In this document: piece after piece, positions 7,234 to 15,444 of the stretch
Numbering within the stretch: position 1 is the first letter of the stretch
Layout of the letters: every line of letters starts with the position of its first letter
Source of the DNA: an uncultured Candidatus Saccharibacteria bacterium
Lineage (GTDB): Bacteria; Patescibacteriota; Minisyncoccia; UBA6257; 2-01-FULL-56-20
Reading direction: 5' to 3'
DNA: 27,444 nucleotides
NCBI GenBank assembly: GCA_964612445.1
Contig: CAZTBQ010000002.1
Location: 1 to 27,444, forward strand
Translations under genes and position numbers: made by a program
Notes under the pieces: model-generated
What the model saw: the letters and a program-made list of their open reading frames with translations, nothing else
Databases searched by the model: none
Told to the model about the DNA's origin: nothing

Positions 7234-7494
7234 ATGTTAGATGATGTAGCAAAAAATGAAAAAAGTTGGGGCAAAGAAGAGTGGCAAGAGATGAGAGCTA
7301 AACTCGAAATTTTGCCGCTCAACAAGCTAAAACTGTTGGCAAAAAATGTTGGTATTCGATTTTCCGGGGAAGATTATGATTTATCGGATCATCCAAAATT
7401 GTCCGAAAAAGAGCAGTTAATTTTAGTTATGGATGAGGTTGAAAAGGAAAAACTCGTTTTTGAGTACGAAAAATTGAAAGGAATTACTGAATAA
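7234..7494 (+). CDS. Hypothetical protein (86 aa from ATG 7234); weak resemblance to Rho-N/HeH helical modules
   Basis: The ORF-track GTG at 7198 lies inside a repeat motif, so ATG 7234 is preferred. Contains LEILPLNKLKLLAKNVGI...LSEKEQLI. Confidence 0.65.
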   Translation: MLDDVAKNEKSWGKEEWQEMRAKLEILPLNKLKLLAKNVGIRFSGEDYDLSDHPKLSEKEQLILVMDEVEKEKLVFEYEKLKGITE

Positions 7495-7564
7495 GTATAG
7501 CTTTCTTGTTCGGTGGGCTTTTTTGGTTTATTCTTTTTGTAGCAATTAAAAAGAGGAGGAAGAC

Positions 7565-7912
7565 ATGCTGTCGCGATTCTTTGGGTGGCTGAAGTTACTA
7601 TTTTTCAAGCCTGCCGTCAAAGATCCTGTGGTTGAGCTGACGCGAATAGCAAAATCAGGTATACCTACGGGAGTGACGTTTGATCCCAAAAGTCTAACTT
7701 TCAAGATTACCGATGTTGGCGCATATTTTGGGAATTGGGATGAGTTTGAGCGCGAGAGCGAAGAGCGGCGAATGCGCGCTGAGCGTACGCAAGCCCTGAC
7801 GATTTCTCGTGACGGGGCATCATCAATTGAGACTCCGGAAGACCTTATTAGATATTTTAGGAATGTTCCCGAAGAAAAGCGTCGAGCGGTTTTGTTCGAG
7901 ACAAAAAAGTGA
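7565..7912 (+). CDS. Hypothetical protein (115 aa) with short amphipathic N-terminus
   Basis: AGGAGG (7554-7559) 5 nt before ATG; followed by a terminator hairpin. Confidence 0.75.
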   Translation: MLSRFFGWLKLLFFKPAVKDPVVELTRIAKSGIPTGVTFDPKSLTFKITDVGAYFGNWDEFERESEERRMRAERTQALTISRDGASSIETPEDLIRYFRNVPEEKRRAVLFETKK

Positions 7913-7916
7913 AGTG

Positions 7917-7942
7917 ACCTGCCTTGGGCAGGTTATTTTTTT
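7917..7942 (+). terminator. Intrinsic terminator
   Basis: ACCTGCC-TTG-GGCAGGT followed by TATTTTTTT. Confidence 0.75.
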
Positions 7943-7988
7943 ATTCAAAAATGTTATTCTGAAGTTAGCAGTTTTAATGGAGGCGCGC

Positions 7989-8324
7989 ATGAAAAGTGCT
8001 TGGCAGGCCAGAATGGAGGTAGAAGCTCTTATTGAACTTGCCAAAGATGGGATGAGCGTTCCTTCGCCTGGGCTCGGTCAGGGCAAGCGATGTAAAAATA
8101 ATATGCAGATTATCTTGAAAGAGATAAACTCCGCCATCGCTAAGGGGAATTGTTCGGTGTATGTTTCTGCTGGGCAGCTGAGATTTCGCAAGCATATTAT
8201 CAAGGGTGAGCAGGTTGGTATTTTGCTTCGTAGATTGATGCGGCTTGGATACGGTGTTTCATTTCACGCCAGCGAACACTATGGAAGCCCCATAATTCGT
8301 ATTTATTGGAAAACCCAGGTTTAA
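7989..8324 (+). CDS. Hypothetical protein (111 aa from ATG 7989)
   Basis: GGAGG (7979-7983) 5 nt before ATG 7989. The longer ORF-track version (from 7809) overlaps the upstream gene and its terminator. Confidence 0.65.
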   Translation: MKSAWQARMEVEALIELAKDGMSVPSPGLGQGKRCKNNMQIILKEINSAIAKGNCSVYVSAGQLRFRKHIIKGEQVGILLRRLMRLGYGVSFHASEHYGSPIIRIYWKTQV

Positions 8325-8534
8325 GGCTTGGGATTTTTTGTATATTACGAAAATACTAATTGGTACTAATTTTACGAATAATTAGTTGAGCTGTTGGGTT
8401 GACCCCGCACCAAGCCGAACGCTGGTCCTTGAGTATGGTTTGATTTGAGGGTGTTCCGATATTAATAAGTATTATATGGATTGTTATATTTCTTCATTGG
8501 TCGGACAGGAAAGGCGTTCGTCTGGTGACAGGGT

Positions 8535-8605
8535 TCAATCCCGTAGTGAATCTCGCTTATTGAATGTAGCGTCTTCGACGCTAGCGAGATTCTACTACGG
8601 GTTGA
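8535..8605. repeat. Long imperfect palindrome with internal hairpin
   Basis: TCAATCCCGTAGTGAATCTCGCT / AGCGAGATTCTACTACGGGTTGA with one bulged T per arm; inner TAGCGTC-TTC-GACGCTA. Confidence 0.7.
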
Positions 8606-8630
8606 CATAAGCCCTCCCATAGACTAATAT
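8602..8630 (+). promoter_or_regulatory. Sigma70-type promoter for the rplC operon
   Basis: TTGACA (8602-8607), 17-nt spacer, TAATAT (8625-8630). Confidence 0.6.
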
Positions 8631-8648
8631 ATGCAAGTCACTTTAATG

Positions 8649-8678
8649 GCTAAGCACTTAAGCAATTAAGTACTCAGT
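8649..8678. repeat. 30-nt hairpin repeat (family H), copy 2
   Basis: GCTAAGCACTTAA-GCAA-TTAAGTACTCAGT; same two mismatches as 1351-1380. Confidence 0.7.
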
Positions 8679-8835
8679 TACATAAGGATAACCGATTAGG
8701 CAATCGCCCGGGAATCCTTGGCGGTTTTTTTATAACAAAATAGGCGGGTTTCGGTGGCGAATAGTCAAAACGCTCAAGCACATATAATGTGCTCGGTCAT
8801 AATTTTCTAACTCGCTTTCGCTCGCAACAAAATTT

Positions 8836-9381
8836 ATGAGTTTCATATTAGCAAAAAAAGTAAAAATGACTCAGATCTGGAAGGACGGAAAAATCGTTCC
8901 AGTAACTGTAGTTAAAGCGGAACCTAACAAGGTTTCTTTAGTGCGTACTAACGATCGAGATGGATATAGCGCGGTTCAAGTTCAGCTCGGAAGGACCAAA
9001 AAGGAATTTTCTATTAACGAAGGAGAGACTTTTGAGGTTGGACAAGAGATTTCAGTTGCCACCTTCACTGAAGGTGAAGATGTGACTATCTCCGGGCTTT
9101 CGAAGGGACGCGGTTTTCAGGGTGGAGTTAAAAGACATGGTTTCCACGGAGGACCTAAAACTCACGGTCAGAAAAACAGATATCGAGCACCAGGATCCAT
9201 CGGTAGTACTGCTCCTCAAAGAGTTGTTCCGGGAAGGAGAATGGCCGGACACTTTGGAATGGAAAGAAATACTCGAAAAGATGTAAAAATCGTTCAGATT
9301 GATGCCGAAAATAACTATTTGATGTTAAAAGGTGCAGTTCCGGGGGGTCCAGGAACTTTGGTAGAAATTTTCAAAGCGTAA
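8836..9381 (+). CDS. rplC: 50S ribosomal protein L3 (short form, 181 aa)
   Basis: K..MTQI, DGYSAVQ, SKGRGFQGGVKRHGF, R.PGSIG, MAGHFG, KGAVPG. Confidence 0.98.
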   Translation: MSFILAKKVKMTQIWKDGKIVPVTVVKAEPNKVSLVRTNDRDGYSAVQVQLGRTKKEFSINEGETFEVGQEISVATFTEGEDVTISGLSKGRGFQGGVKRHGFHGGPKTHGQKNRYRAPGSIGSTAPQRVVPGRRMAGHFGMERNTRKDVKIVQIDAENNYLMLKGAVPGGPGTLVEIFKA

Positions 9382-9382
9382 A

Positions 9383-10030
9383 ATGGAAGCAAAAATTTAT
9401 AATCTTAAAAACGAAGAAGTTTCTTCCATTAAATTACCGGAAGATATTTTTGACAGAAAGTTTAGCGAGGCCTTAGTAAAACAGGTTCTTTTGGCGCAGA
9501 TGGCTAACTCTCGTGAACCTTGGGCGCATGCCAAAGGACGAGGAGAAGTTCGTGGTGGTGGTAGAAAGCCATGGAAACAAAAGGGAACCGGTCGTTCAAG
9601 ACACGGTTCAATTCGATCACCAATTTGGAAGGGTGGTGGAAAATCACATGGTCCAGTCAAAGAACGTGACTATTCTCAGAAAGTAAACAAGAAAATGAAA
9701 AGAGCTGCTCTTTTTGCTGTTCTTTCAAAGAAATTCCGAGTTGGCGAAATTAAATTTATGGAAGATCTTAACCTGAAGACCGGAAAGACCAAAGAATTTG
9801 CTCCTATTTTGGCAACTCTTTCAGGAAAACAGCCAAAAGGAAAGAAGTACGACACTCTCTTGGTTTATGCTCCAGAAGGTGGACGCAATCTTGCTTTGGC
9901 AAGCCGAAATCTTCCAAAGACCAAGACTATTTCTTCAACTTCGCTTAATGTCTACGACTTGTTGAACTACAAGAATCTTTTAATTGACCAGAAGGCAGTC
10001 GCAGTCATTTCCGAACACTATAAAATTTAA
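9383..10030 (+). CDS. rplD: 50S ribosomal protein L4
   Basis: KGRGEVRGGGRKPWKQKGTGRSRHGSIRSPIWKGGG motif. Confidence 0.99.
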   Translation: MEAKIYNLKNEEVSSIKLPEDIFDRKFSEALVKQVLLAQMANSREPWAHAKGRGEVRGGGRKPWKQKGTGRSRHGSIRSPIWKGGGKSHGPVKERDYSQKVNKKMKRAALFAVLSKKFRVGEIKFMEDLNLKTGKTKEFAPILATLSGKQPKGKKYDTLLVYAPEGGRNLALASRNLPKTKTISSTSLNVYDLLNYKNLLIDQKAVAVISEHYKI

Positions 10031-10032
10031 AC

Positions 10033-10317
10033 ATGGCAGATACATTCTTAATCAAAAAAATAGGAATTACCGAAAAATCTTCCGTTATGCAGGAAGGAGG
10101 TAAATACATGTTCCATGTAAAGCTTTCTGCTACTAAACCAGAAATCAAAAAAGTTATTGAAGAACTTTATGGAGTTAAGGTTGTCGGTGTAAACGCTCTC
10201 AGATCTTTTGCAAAAGCAAAGAGATTTGGTTCCGTTTATGGTGACAAGCCTGAATACAAAAAAGTTTATGTAACTTTGAAAGAAGGTCAAAAAATCGATG
10301 TTTTAGGAACAAAGTAA
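10033..10317 (+). CDS. rplW: 50S ribosomal protein L23
   Basis: ITEKS, ATKPEIKKVIEELYGVKV, YKKVYVTLKEGQKI; operon position. Confidence 0.97.
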   Translation: MADTFLIKKIGITEKSSVMQEGGKYMFHVKLSATKPEIKKVIEELYGVKVVGVNALRSFAKAKRFGSVYGDKPEYKKVYVTLKEGQKIDVLGTK

Positions 10318-10321
10318 AAAT

Positions 10322-11152
10322 ATGAAATCTTTTTCACCAACAAGTCCATCCCGAAGAAGCTTCACTGCGGTTGAATACCGAAAGCTTTTGACTGGCGATA
10401 AGCCATACAAGAAGCTCATGAAGAAAATTCATGATAGCGCCGGAAGAAACTCTCAGGGAAGAATTACTCAGAGACATCAAGGAGGAGGAAATAAAAAGAT
10501 GTACCGTGTTTGGGATAGCAAGCAGAATAAGTTGGGGTCCTCATTTATTTTAGAGACCATTGAATACGATCCATACAGAACCTCTTTCATTTCTTTGATT
10601 AAATACGAAGACGGAACAAAGTCTTACATTCTAACTCCACACGGAGTTTCAAAGGGAGCTCAATTGTTTATCGCTGAAGCTGCTCCGCTCAAGTCCGGAA
10701 ACAGAATGAAATTGAAGAATATTCCAGTTGGTTATCAGGTTCACAACGTTGAAATGCAGCCAGGACAAGGTGGAAAGATAATTCGCTCCGCTGGTTCCTA
10801 TGCAGAAGTTTTGGCTAACGCTGACGGATATACTGATTTAAAGATGCCATCCGGAGAAGTTCGAAGGGTCCTTTGGGATTGTTTGGCTACTTTGGGTCAG
10901 GTTTCAAACATCGAACACAACTTGGTTGTTGGAGGAAAAGCAGGACGTTCCAGGTGGTTGGGTGTACGACCGACAGTTCGTGGATCTGCAATGAATCCAG
11001 TTGATCATCCATACGGTGGTGGTGAAGGCTCACAGCCTCGTGGTACCAGGAAGCCGAAAGATGTCTGGGGTAATGTTACTGGAGGAAGAAAGACTCGTAA
11101 GAAGAGAAATCCAACTTCAAGGTTAATCGTAAAAAGAAGGAATAAAAAATAA
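10322..11152 (+). CDS. rplB: 50S ribosomal protein L2
   Basis: GRNSQGRIT, IEYDPYR, RPTVRGSAMNPVDHPYGGGEG. Confidence 0.99.
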   Translation: MKSFSPTSPSRRSFTAVEYRKLLTGDKPYKKLMKKIHDSAGRNSQGRITQRHQGGGNKKMYRVWDSKQNKLGSSFILETIEYDPYRTSFISLIKYEDGTKSYILTPHGVSKGAQLFIAEAAPLKSGNRMKLKNIPVGYQVHNVEMQPGQGGKIIRSAGSYAEVLANADGYTDLKMPSGEVRRVLWDCLATLGQVSNIEHNLVVGGKAGRSRWLGVRPTVRGSAMNPVDHPYGGGEGSQPRGTRKPKDVWGNVTGGRKTRKKRNPTSRLIVKRRNKK

Positions 11153-11161
11153 AAATAATTA

Positions 11162-11476
11162 ATGTCCAGAAGTACTAGAAAAGGTCCATTCGTGGATCAA
11201 AATATCTTAAAGAAAATTGCCAAAGGACGCCCAGAAGATTTGGGGGCTATTAAGACTTGGGCGAGAGCTTCTGAAATTTCACCAGACATGGTGGGATACA
11301 CTTTTGCTGTACATAACGGAAGAACTTTTACCGATCTTAGAATTACCGAAGAAATGGTTGGACACCGATTGGGTGAATTTGTATTGACCAGGAAGTTTAT
11401 TAGACATGGAGGAAAGATTCAGAAAGAAGCAGAACAAAAGGCCGCTCAAGCTGCTGCACCTGCCGCAAAAAAATAA
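11162..11476 (+). CDS. rpsS: 30S ribosomal protein S19
   Basis: MSRS..KGPFVD, KTWARAS, VHNG, MVGHRLGEF. Confidence 0.99.
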   Translation: MSRSTRKGPFVDQNILKKIAKGRPEDLGAIKTWARASEISPDMVGYTFAVHNGRTFTDLRITEEMVGHRLGEFVLTRKFIRHGGKIQKEAEQKAAQAAAPAAKK

Positions 11477-11486
11477 TTAAATAAAC

Positions 11487-12005
11487 ATGGAGAAACAAAT
11501 AGCAAAACTTAATTATTTGCGAATGGCGCCAAGAAAGGTGAGGTTAGTGGCAAGCTTGCTTCGTGGTCTTTCAGTTAATGAAGCCGAAGCTCAGCTTATT
11601 TTAATGAGAAAGAGAGCCGCTAAGCCGATACTCAAGCTTTTGCGATCTGCGGTTGCCGGAGCCAAGAGCAAAAAAGGAATGGATATTGATAAGCTAATTG
11701 TTAGCTCCATCATGGTTGACGGAGGTCCAATGCTTAAGCGATATATGGCGAGAGCTCAGGGCCGAATGGCTGAAATCCAGAAAAAGATGAGTCATATCAC
11801 TATGACCTTAGTTGAGAGCGAAAAAGTTACCAAGAAATATACAATTGTAGTTCCAAAGAAGGATAAGCATTTGGTGCACGAGGAAAATGCTAAGAAGGCA
11901 GATGTTCCGAAGCCAAAGCGCGAAAAGAAAGTTGCCAAGAAAGGAACTTCGGTCGTTAAAAAGGTTTTCTCTAAAAACACCAAGGATACTTCCGGAGATA
12001 AATAA
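11487..12005 (+). CDS. rplV: 50S ribosomal protein L22 with Lys-rich C-terminal extension
   Basis: RMAPRKVRLVA, KLLRSAVA, VDGGPMLKR, SHIT; about 60 extra residues. Confidence 0.97.
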   Translation: MEKQIAKLNYLRMAPRKVRLVASLLRGLSVNEAEAQLILMRKRAAKPILKLLRSAVAGAKSKKGMDIDKLIVSSIMVDGGPMLKRYMARAQGRMAEIQKKMSHITMTLVESEKVTKKYTIVVPKKDKHLVHEENAKKADVPKPKREKKVAKKGTSVVKKVFSKNTKDTSGDK

Positions 12006-12010
12006 TTACT

Positions 12011-12766
12011 ATGGGACAAAAAATTAATCCAAAATCTTTTAGAACGGGTATCACCAAAAACTGGGTTTCCAGATGGTATTTCGCGATGCCTCCTCATAAA
12101 GGTAAAAACGATATAACTTTGAGTAAGACCAGAATCTATGCAAAGTTCTTAATGGAAGATGAAGCTATTCGAAACACCGTTAAAGAAAAAATCAGTTTAG
12201 CCGGAGTTTCTTTGGTTGAAATTGAAAGAACCGCAAGCTCAATCCGAGTATTTATTAAGGCTGCTAGACCGGGATTGGTAATCGGAAGAGGCGGAAAGGG
12301 TGTTGAAGATTTGAGCAAGGCTATTGAAGCTGCAATTTTGAAAGTACGAGGAGACAAGAAGCAGATTGCTTTAAGTGTCAACATTGAAGAATTGCGAAGA
12401 AACGAAATTTCCGCTCAGTATACTGCTCAGCAGATTGCTTGGGATATGGAAAAGAGAATGAGCACCAGGAGAACAATGAAGAAGTATCTTGATTTCATTG
12501 CGCAGAACCGAGAAGTCAAGGGAGCTAAGATTTTGGTTTCCGGACGTGTAGACGGAGGTGAAATCGCACGACGTGAAGTTTTGAAATACGGATCACTTCC
12601 TTTGCAGAATTTGAGAGCGGATATCGATTACGGAACCGCGACTGCATTTACTTCATACGGAACCAACGGAATCAAAGTTTGGATATATAAGGGTGAAATT
12701 TTTGCAAAGAAAGCGGATAAACCACTCGGGTCGGAGGATGGACGAGGAAATAAATCAGATAATTAA
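12011..12766 (+). CDS. rpsC: 30S ribosomal protein S3
   Basis: MGQKINP..FR.G, RPGLVIGRGG, PLQNLRADIDYG, YG..GIKVWIYKG. Confidence 0.99.
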   Translation: MGQKINPKSFRTGITKNWVSRWYFAMPPHKGKNDITLSKTRIYAKFLMEDEAIRNTVKEKISLAGVSLVEIERTASSIRVFIKAARPGLVIGRGGKGVEDLSKAIEAAILKVRGDKKQIALSVNIEELRRNEISAQYTAQQIAWDMEKRMSTRRTMKKYLDFIAQNREVKGAKILVSGRVDGGEIARREVLKYGSLPLQNLRADIDYGTATAFTSYGTNGIKVWIYKGEIFAKKADKPLGSEDGRGNKSDN

Positions 12767-12771
12767 AAATC

Positions 12772-13182
12772 ATGTTAGTTCCAAAAAAGGTAAAACATCG
12801 AAAGTGGCAAAAAGGACGTTCTAAGGGCCGAACTGTTGAGACCAGAGGTTTGACTTTGAGCTACGGACAATTTGGTTTGAAAGCTACCGAATCTGCTTGG
12901 TTGAATTCCAGACAAATTGAAGCTGGCCGAAGAACAATTACCAACTTTTTGAAACGTGAAGGAAGGCTTTGGATTAGAGTTTTTCCTGATAAACCAGTAA
13001 CCATGAGGCCTCCAGAAATGACCTTGGGAGGTGGAAAAGGAAGTGTAGACCGATACGTTTTTCCGGTTAGACCTGGTAGAATTATTTTTGAAATTGATGG
13101 AGTTAGTCGAACTACCGCCGAAGCAGCTTTAAAGCGCGCCGCTTACAAGATGCCGTTTAAATCAAAATTTGTTTCACGATAA
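12772..13182 (+). CDS. rplP: 50S ribosomal protein L16
   Basis: ML.PKKVKHRK, RQIEAGR, LWIRVFPDKP, GGGKG. Confidence 0.99.
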   Translation: MLVPKKVKHRKWQKGRSKGRTVETRGLTLSYGQFGLKATESAWLNSRQIEAGRRTITNFLKREGRLWIRVFPDKPVTMRPPEMTLGGGKGSVDRYVFPVRPGRIIFEIDGVSRTTAEAALKRAAYKMPFKSKFVSR

Positions 13183-13186
13183 TAAC

Positions 13187-13387
13187 ATGAAAAAGAAAGA
13201 ATTAAATGAATTAAAAGGCAAGCCGAGCATGGAGCTCGAGAAGGAAATTCGCGAGATAAAGACTTCTTTAAGGAAGGATATGTTTGACTTACAGGCCGGA
13301 AAGTTGCAAAATGTACGAACTCTGCGCGATAAGAAAAAAAAGATTGCGCGGCTAATGACGATTTTGAATTCTCAAAATGGAAAATAA
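13187..13387 (+). CDS. rpmC: 50S ribosomal protein L29
   Basis: MKKKELNEL...[11 protein letters not shown]; ATG 13187 preferred; operon position. Confidence 0.93.
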   Translation: MKKKELNELKGKPSMELEKEIREIKTSLRKDMFDLQAGKLQNVRTLRDKKKKIARLMTILNSQNGK

Positions 13388-13625
13388 ACAGAAAATAAAT
13401 AGAAAGTTGCAAGGAGTGGTGGTCTCCGACAAAATGTTGAAGACGCGTGTTGTGGCCGTAACCATAACCAGGCAGCATCCTAAATACTTAAAGCTTTATC
13501 GAGTAACCAGAAAGTTCAAGGCTCACGATGAAGATAATACCTATAAGGTCGGCGACAAAGTGGTTATTTCTGAAACCAGACCGATTTCCAAAGATAAGCG
13601 TTGGATAATAACCGGAAAAATTTAA
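13377..13625 (+). CDS. rpsQ: 30S ribosomal protein S17
   Basis: [28 protein letters not shown]. Confidence 0.99.
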   Translation: MENKQKINRKLQGVVVSDKMLKTRVVAVTITRQHPKYLKLYRVTRKFKAHDEDNTYKVGDKVVISETRPISKDKRWIITGKI

Positions 13626-13626
13626 C

Positions 13627-13995
13627 ATGATACAAGAGAGATCAATTTTAAAAGTTGCCGATAATAGTGGAGCAAAAAGCGTAAGGTGTTTTCGTATTTT
13701 GGGCGGAACACGACACAGATATGCTAATGTTGGAGATCTTTTGATTGCTTCTGTGCAAACTGCAGAGCCAAGAAAAGGCACCAAAAAGAAAGATATTGTC
13801 CGATGTGTTTTGGTTCGATCCAGAAACGTTTTAAAGAGAGCAGACGGAAGCTATGTTCGCTTTGATGAAAACGCAGTTGTTATTTTGAATGCCAAGAACG
13901 AACCGATTGCAACCCGTGTTTTCGGACCAATGCCAAGAGAATTAAAAGCCAAAGGTTTTGAAAAGATAGTCACAATGGCTGAAGAAATTGTATAA
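13627..13995 (+). CDS. rplN: 50S ribosomal protein L14
   Basis: MIQ..S.LKVADNSGAK, RFDENAVV, RVFGP. Confidence 0.99.
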   Translation: MIQERSILKVADNSGAKSVRCFRILGGTRHRYANVGDLLIASVQTAEPRKGTKKKDIVRCVLVRSRNVLKRADGSYVRFDENAVVILNAKNEPIATRVFGPMPRELKAKGFEKIVTMAEEIV

Positions 13996-13999
13996 AACC

Positions 14000-14305
14000 A
14001 TGTTAAGAATTAAAAAAGGAGATCAAGTAAAAATTTTGGCTGGTAAGGATTCCGGGAAAACAGGAAATGTTTTAAGCATTCTCTCTGACGGCCGAGTTGT
14101 TGTTGAGGGCTTGAATTTGGTGAATAAGAGAATGAAGCCAAAACAGCAGGGAAAAACCGGAGAGATGGTTAAGATCCCGCAGCCTGTGAATTCTTCGAAC
14201 GTTCTTTTGATTTGTAAAAATTGCAAGAAGTCTACCAGGGTTGGTTTTAGAGACATGGATTCTAAAAAGGTAAGGTATTGTAAAAAGTGTGAGGCAACAA
14301 ACTAA
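14000..14305 (+). CDS. rplX: 50S ribosomal protein L24
   Basis: IKKGDQVKILAGKDSGK.G, VVEGLN; ATG 14000 preferred; two CxxC motifs near the C-terminus. Confidence 0.97.
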   Translation: MLRIKKGDQVKILAGKDSGKTGNVLSILSDGRVVVEGLNLVNKRMKPKQQGKTGEMVKIPQPVNSSNVLLICKNCKKSTRVGFRDMDSKKVRYCKKCEATN

Positions 14306-14307
14306 AT

Positions 14308-14844
14308 ATGGAAAAAGTTACCCCTAAAAAATTATTGGAAAAGATTGTGGTGAATATCGGAACCGGAAAGCTTTCTCAGCTGGCGAATTTTAGTGATAAA
14401 GTTTTGCCGCAGATTATTAAAGATCTTTCCGCAGTTACCGGCCAGCACCCAGTTCAGCGACCGGCCAAGAAATCCATTGCAGGATTCAAGCTCCGACAGG
14501 GAACTATCGTGGGTTTGCAAATTACTCTTCGAGGGCAGAAAATGGTTGATTTTTTTGAGCGACTGATTACAATAGTATTACCTCGTGTGCACGACTTTAA
14601 AGGCTTAAAGACTAACTCCGTGGATGCCCACGGCACTTTAAGCATTGGTTTTCGTGAACAGGTTGTTTTTCCGGAAATTTCTGCCGAAGAATCTCAATAT
14701 ACTTTTCCGTTTGGAGTAAACATCGTTCCTAAGAATGGCAAGAAGGAAGAGATTGTCGCCGCTTACAAGGAATTAGGAGTGCCGTTTGCAAAGGGAGAGG
14801 AGGTTGTATTCAAAAAAAGAAAGAAGAACAACAGGAAAAAATAA
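14308..14844 (+). CDS. rplE: 50S ribosomal protein L5
   Basis: LEKIVVNIG, KKSIAGFKLRQG, LPRVHDFKG, VFPEI. Confidence 0.99.
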   Translation: MEKVTPKKLLEKIVVNIGTGKLSQLANFSDKVLPQIIKDLSAVTGQHPVQRPAKKSIAGFKLRQGTIVGLQITLRGQKMVDFFERLITIVLPRVHDFKGLKTNSVDAHGTLSIGFREQVVFPEISAEESQYTFPFGVNIVPKNGKKEEIVAAYKELGVPFAKGEEVVFKKRKKNNRKK

Positions 14845-14847
14845 ACA

Positions 14848-15033
14848 ATGGCTAAAACATCAGTAGTTGCAAGAAGTCAAAAGAAACCAAAATTCTCTTC
14901 AAGAATAGTTCGAAGATGTTTTAGGTGTGGAAGAAAACACGGATATATGAGAGCCTTCGGAATTTGCAGAATTTGTTTCCGAGAAATGGCAACCCAAGGT
15001 CAGATACCGGGAGTCAAGAAATCTTCGTGGTAA
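14848..15033 (+). CDS. rpsN: 30S ribosomal protein S14, zinc-binding (type Z)
   Basis: 61 aa; CFRCGR...CRIC; [11 protein letters not shown]. Confidence 0.98.
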   Translation: MAKTSVVARSQKKPKFSSRIVRRCFRCGRKHGYMRAFGICRICFREMATQGQIPGVKKSSW

Positions 15034-15046
15034 ACATAAAAATATA

Positions 15047-15427
15047 ATGTATTACGATTTATTACCAAAAATTAAAAACGCAGTAAGAGCCAAGAAGGAA
15101 TATTTCCAGACTTCTTATTCGAATTTGGATTTGGCCGTTGCCAAGATCTTAGTTGAAGAAGGTTTTTTGAAGAGCGCCTCTAAAAAAGAAGTTGGACGAA
15201 AGCAGTACTTGGAAATTAAGCCGGCATACAAGTCTGGAGACGCGAGCTTTACAGACTACAAGCTTTACAGCAAGCCGAGCCGAAGAGTTTATCGCGGATA
15301 CGATGAGTTGCGCCCAGTAAGACAAGGCTATGGAATTTCTATTGTTACCACGCCAAAAGGAGTGTTAACCGGAAAGCAGGCAAAGAAAGAAAAAGTCGGA
15401 GGAGAATATTTGTGCGAAGTTTGGTAA
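15047..15427 (+). CDS. rpsH: 30S ribosomal protein S8
   Basis: SKPSRRVY, GISIVTTPKGVLT, VGGEYLCEVW. Confidence 0.98.
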   Translation: MYYDLLPKIKNAVRAKKEYFQTSYSNLDLAVAKILVEEGFLKSASKKEVGRKQYLEIKPAYKSGDASFTDYKLYSKPSRRVYRGYDELRPVRQGYGISIVTTPKGVLTGKQAKKEKVGGEYLCEVW

Positions 15428-15444
15428 TCGTAAATAAAACTTAA

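Noticed and set aside
7910-7912. Alternative genetic code (TGA read as Gly, as in Gracilibacteria/SR1)
   Set aside because: All conserved genes translate to full length under code 11, and TGA ends adk at the ATGA overlap with map and ends the 7565 ORF just before a terminator.
7809-7988. N-terminal extension of the 171-aa ORF
   Set aside because: It overlaps the upstream gene and crosses its terminator; ATG 7989 has a well-spaced GGAGG.
8500-8560. GGGTTCAATCCC resembling a tRNA T-loop
   Set aside because: No 5-bp T stem, acceptor stem or anticodon arm can be built, and the segment is the left arm of the 8535-8605 palindrome.
8534-8608. Integron attC-like site (long palindrome with staggered bulged Ts near small cassette-like ORFs)
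   Set aside because: Ends read GTTCAAT and GTTGACA rather than RYYYAAC/GTTRRRY; no integrase is present and equivalent sites do not follow the other ORFs.
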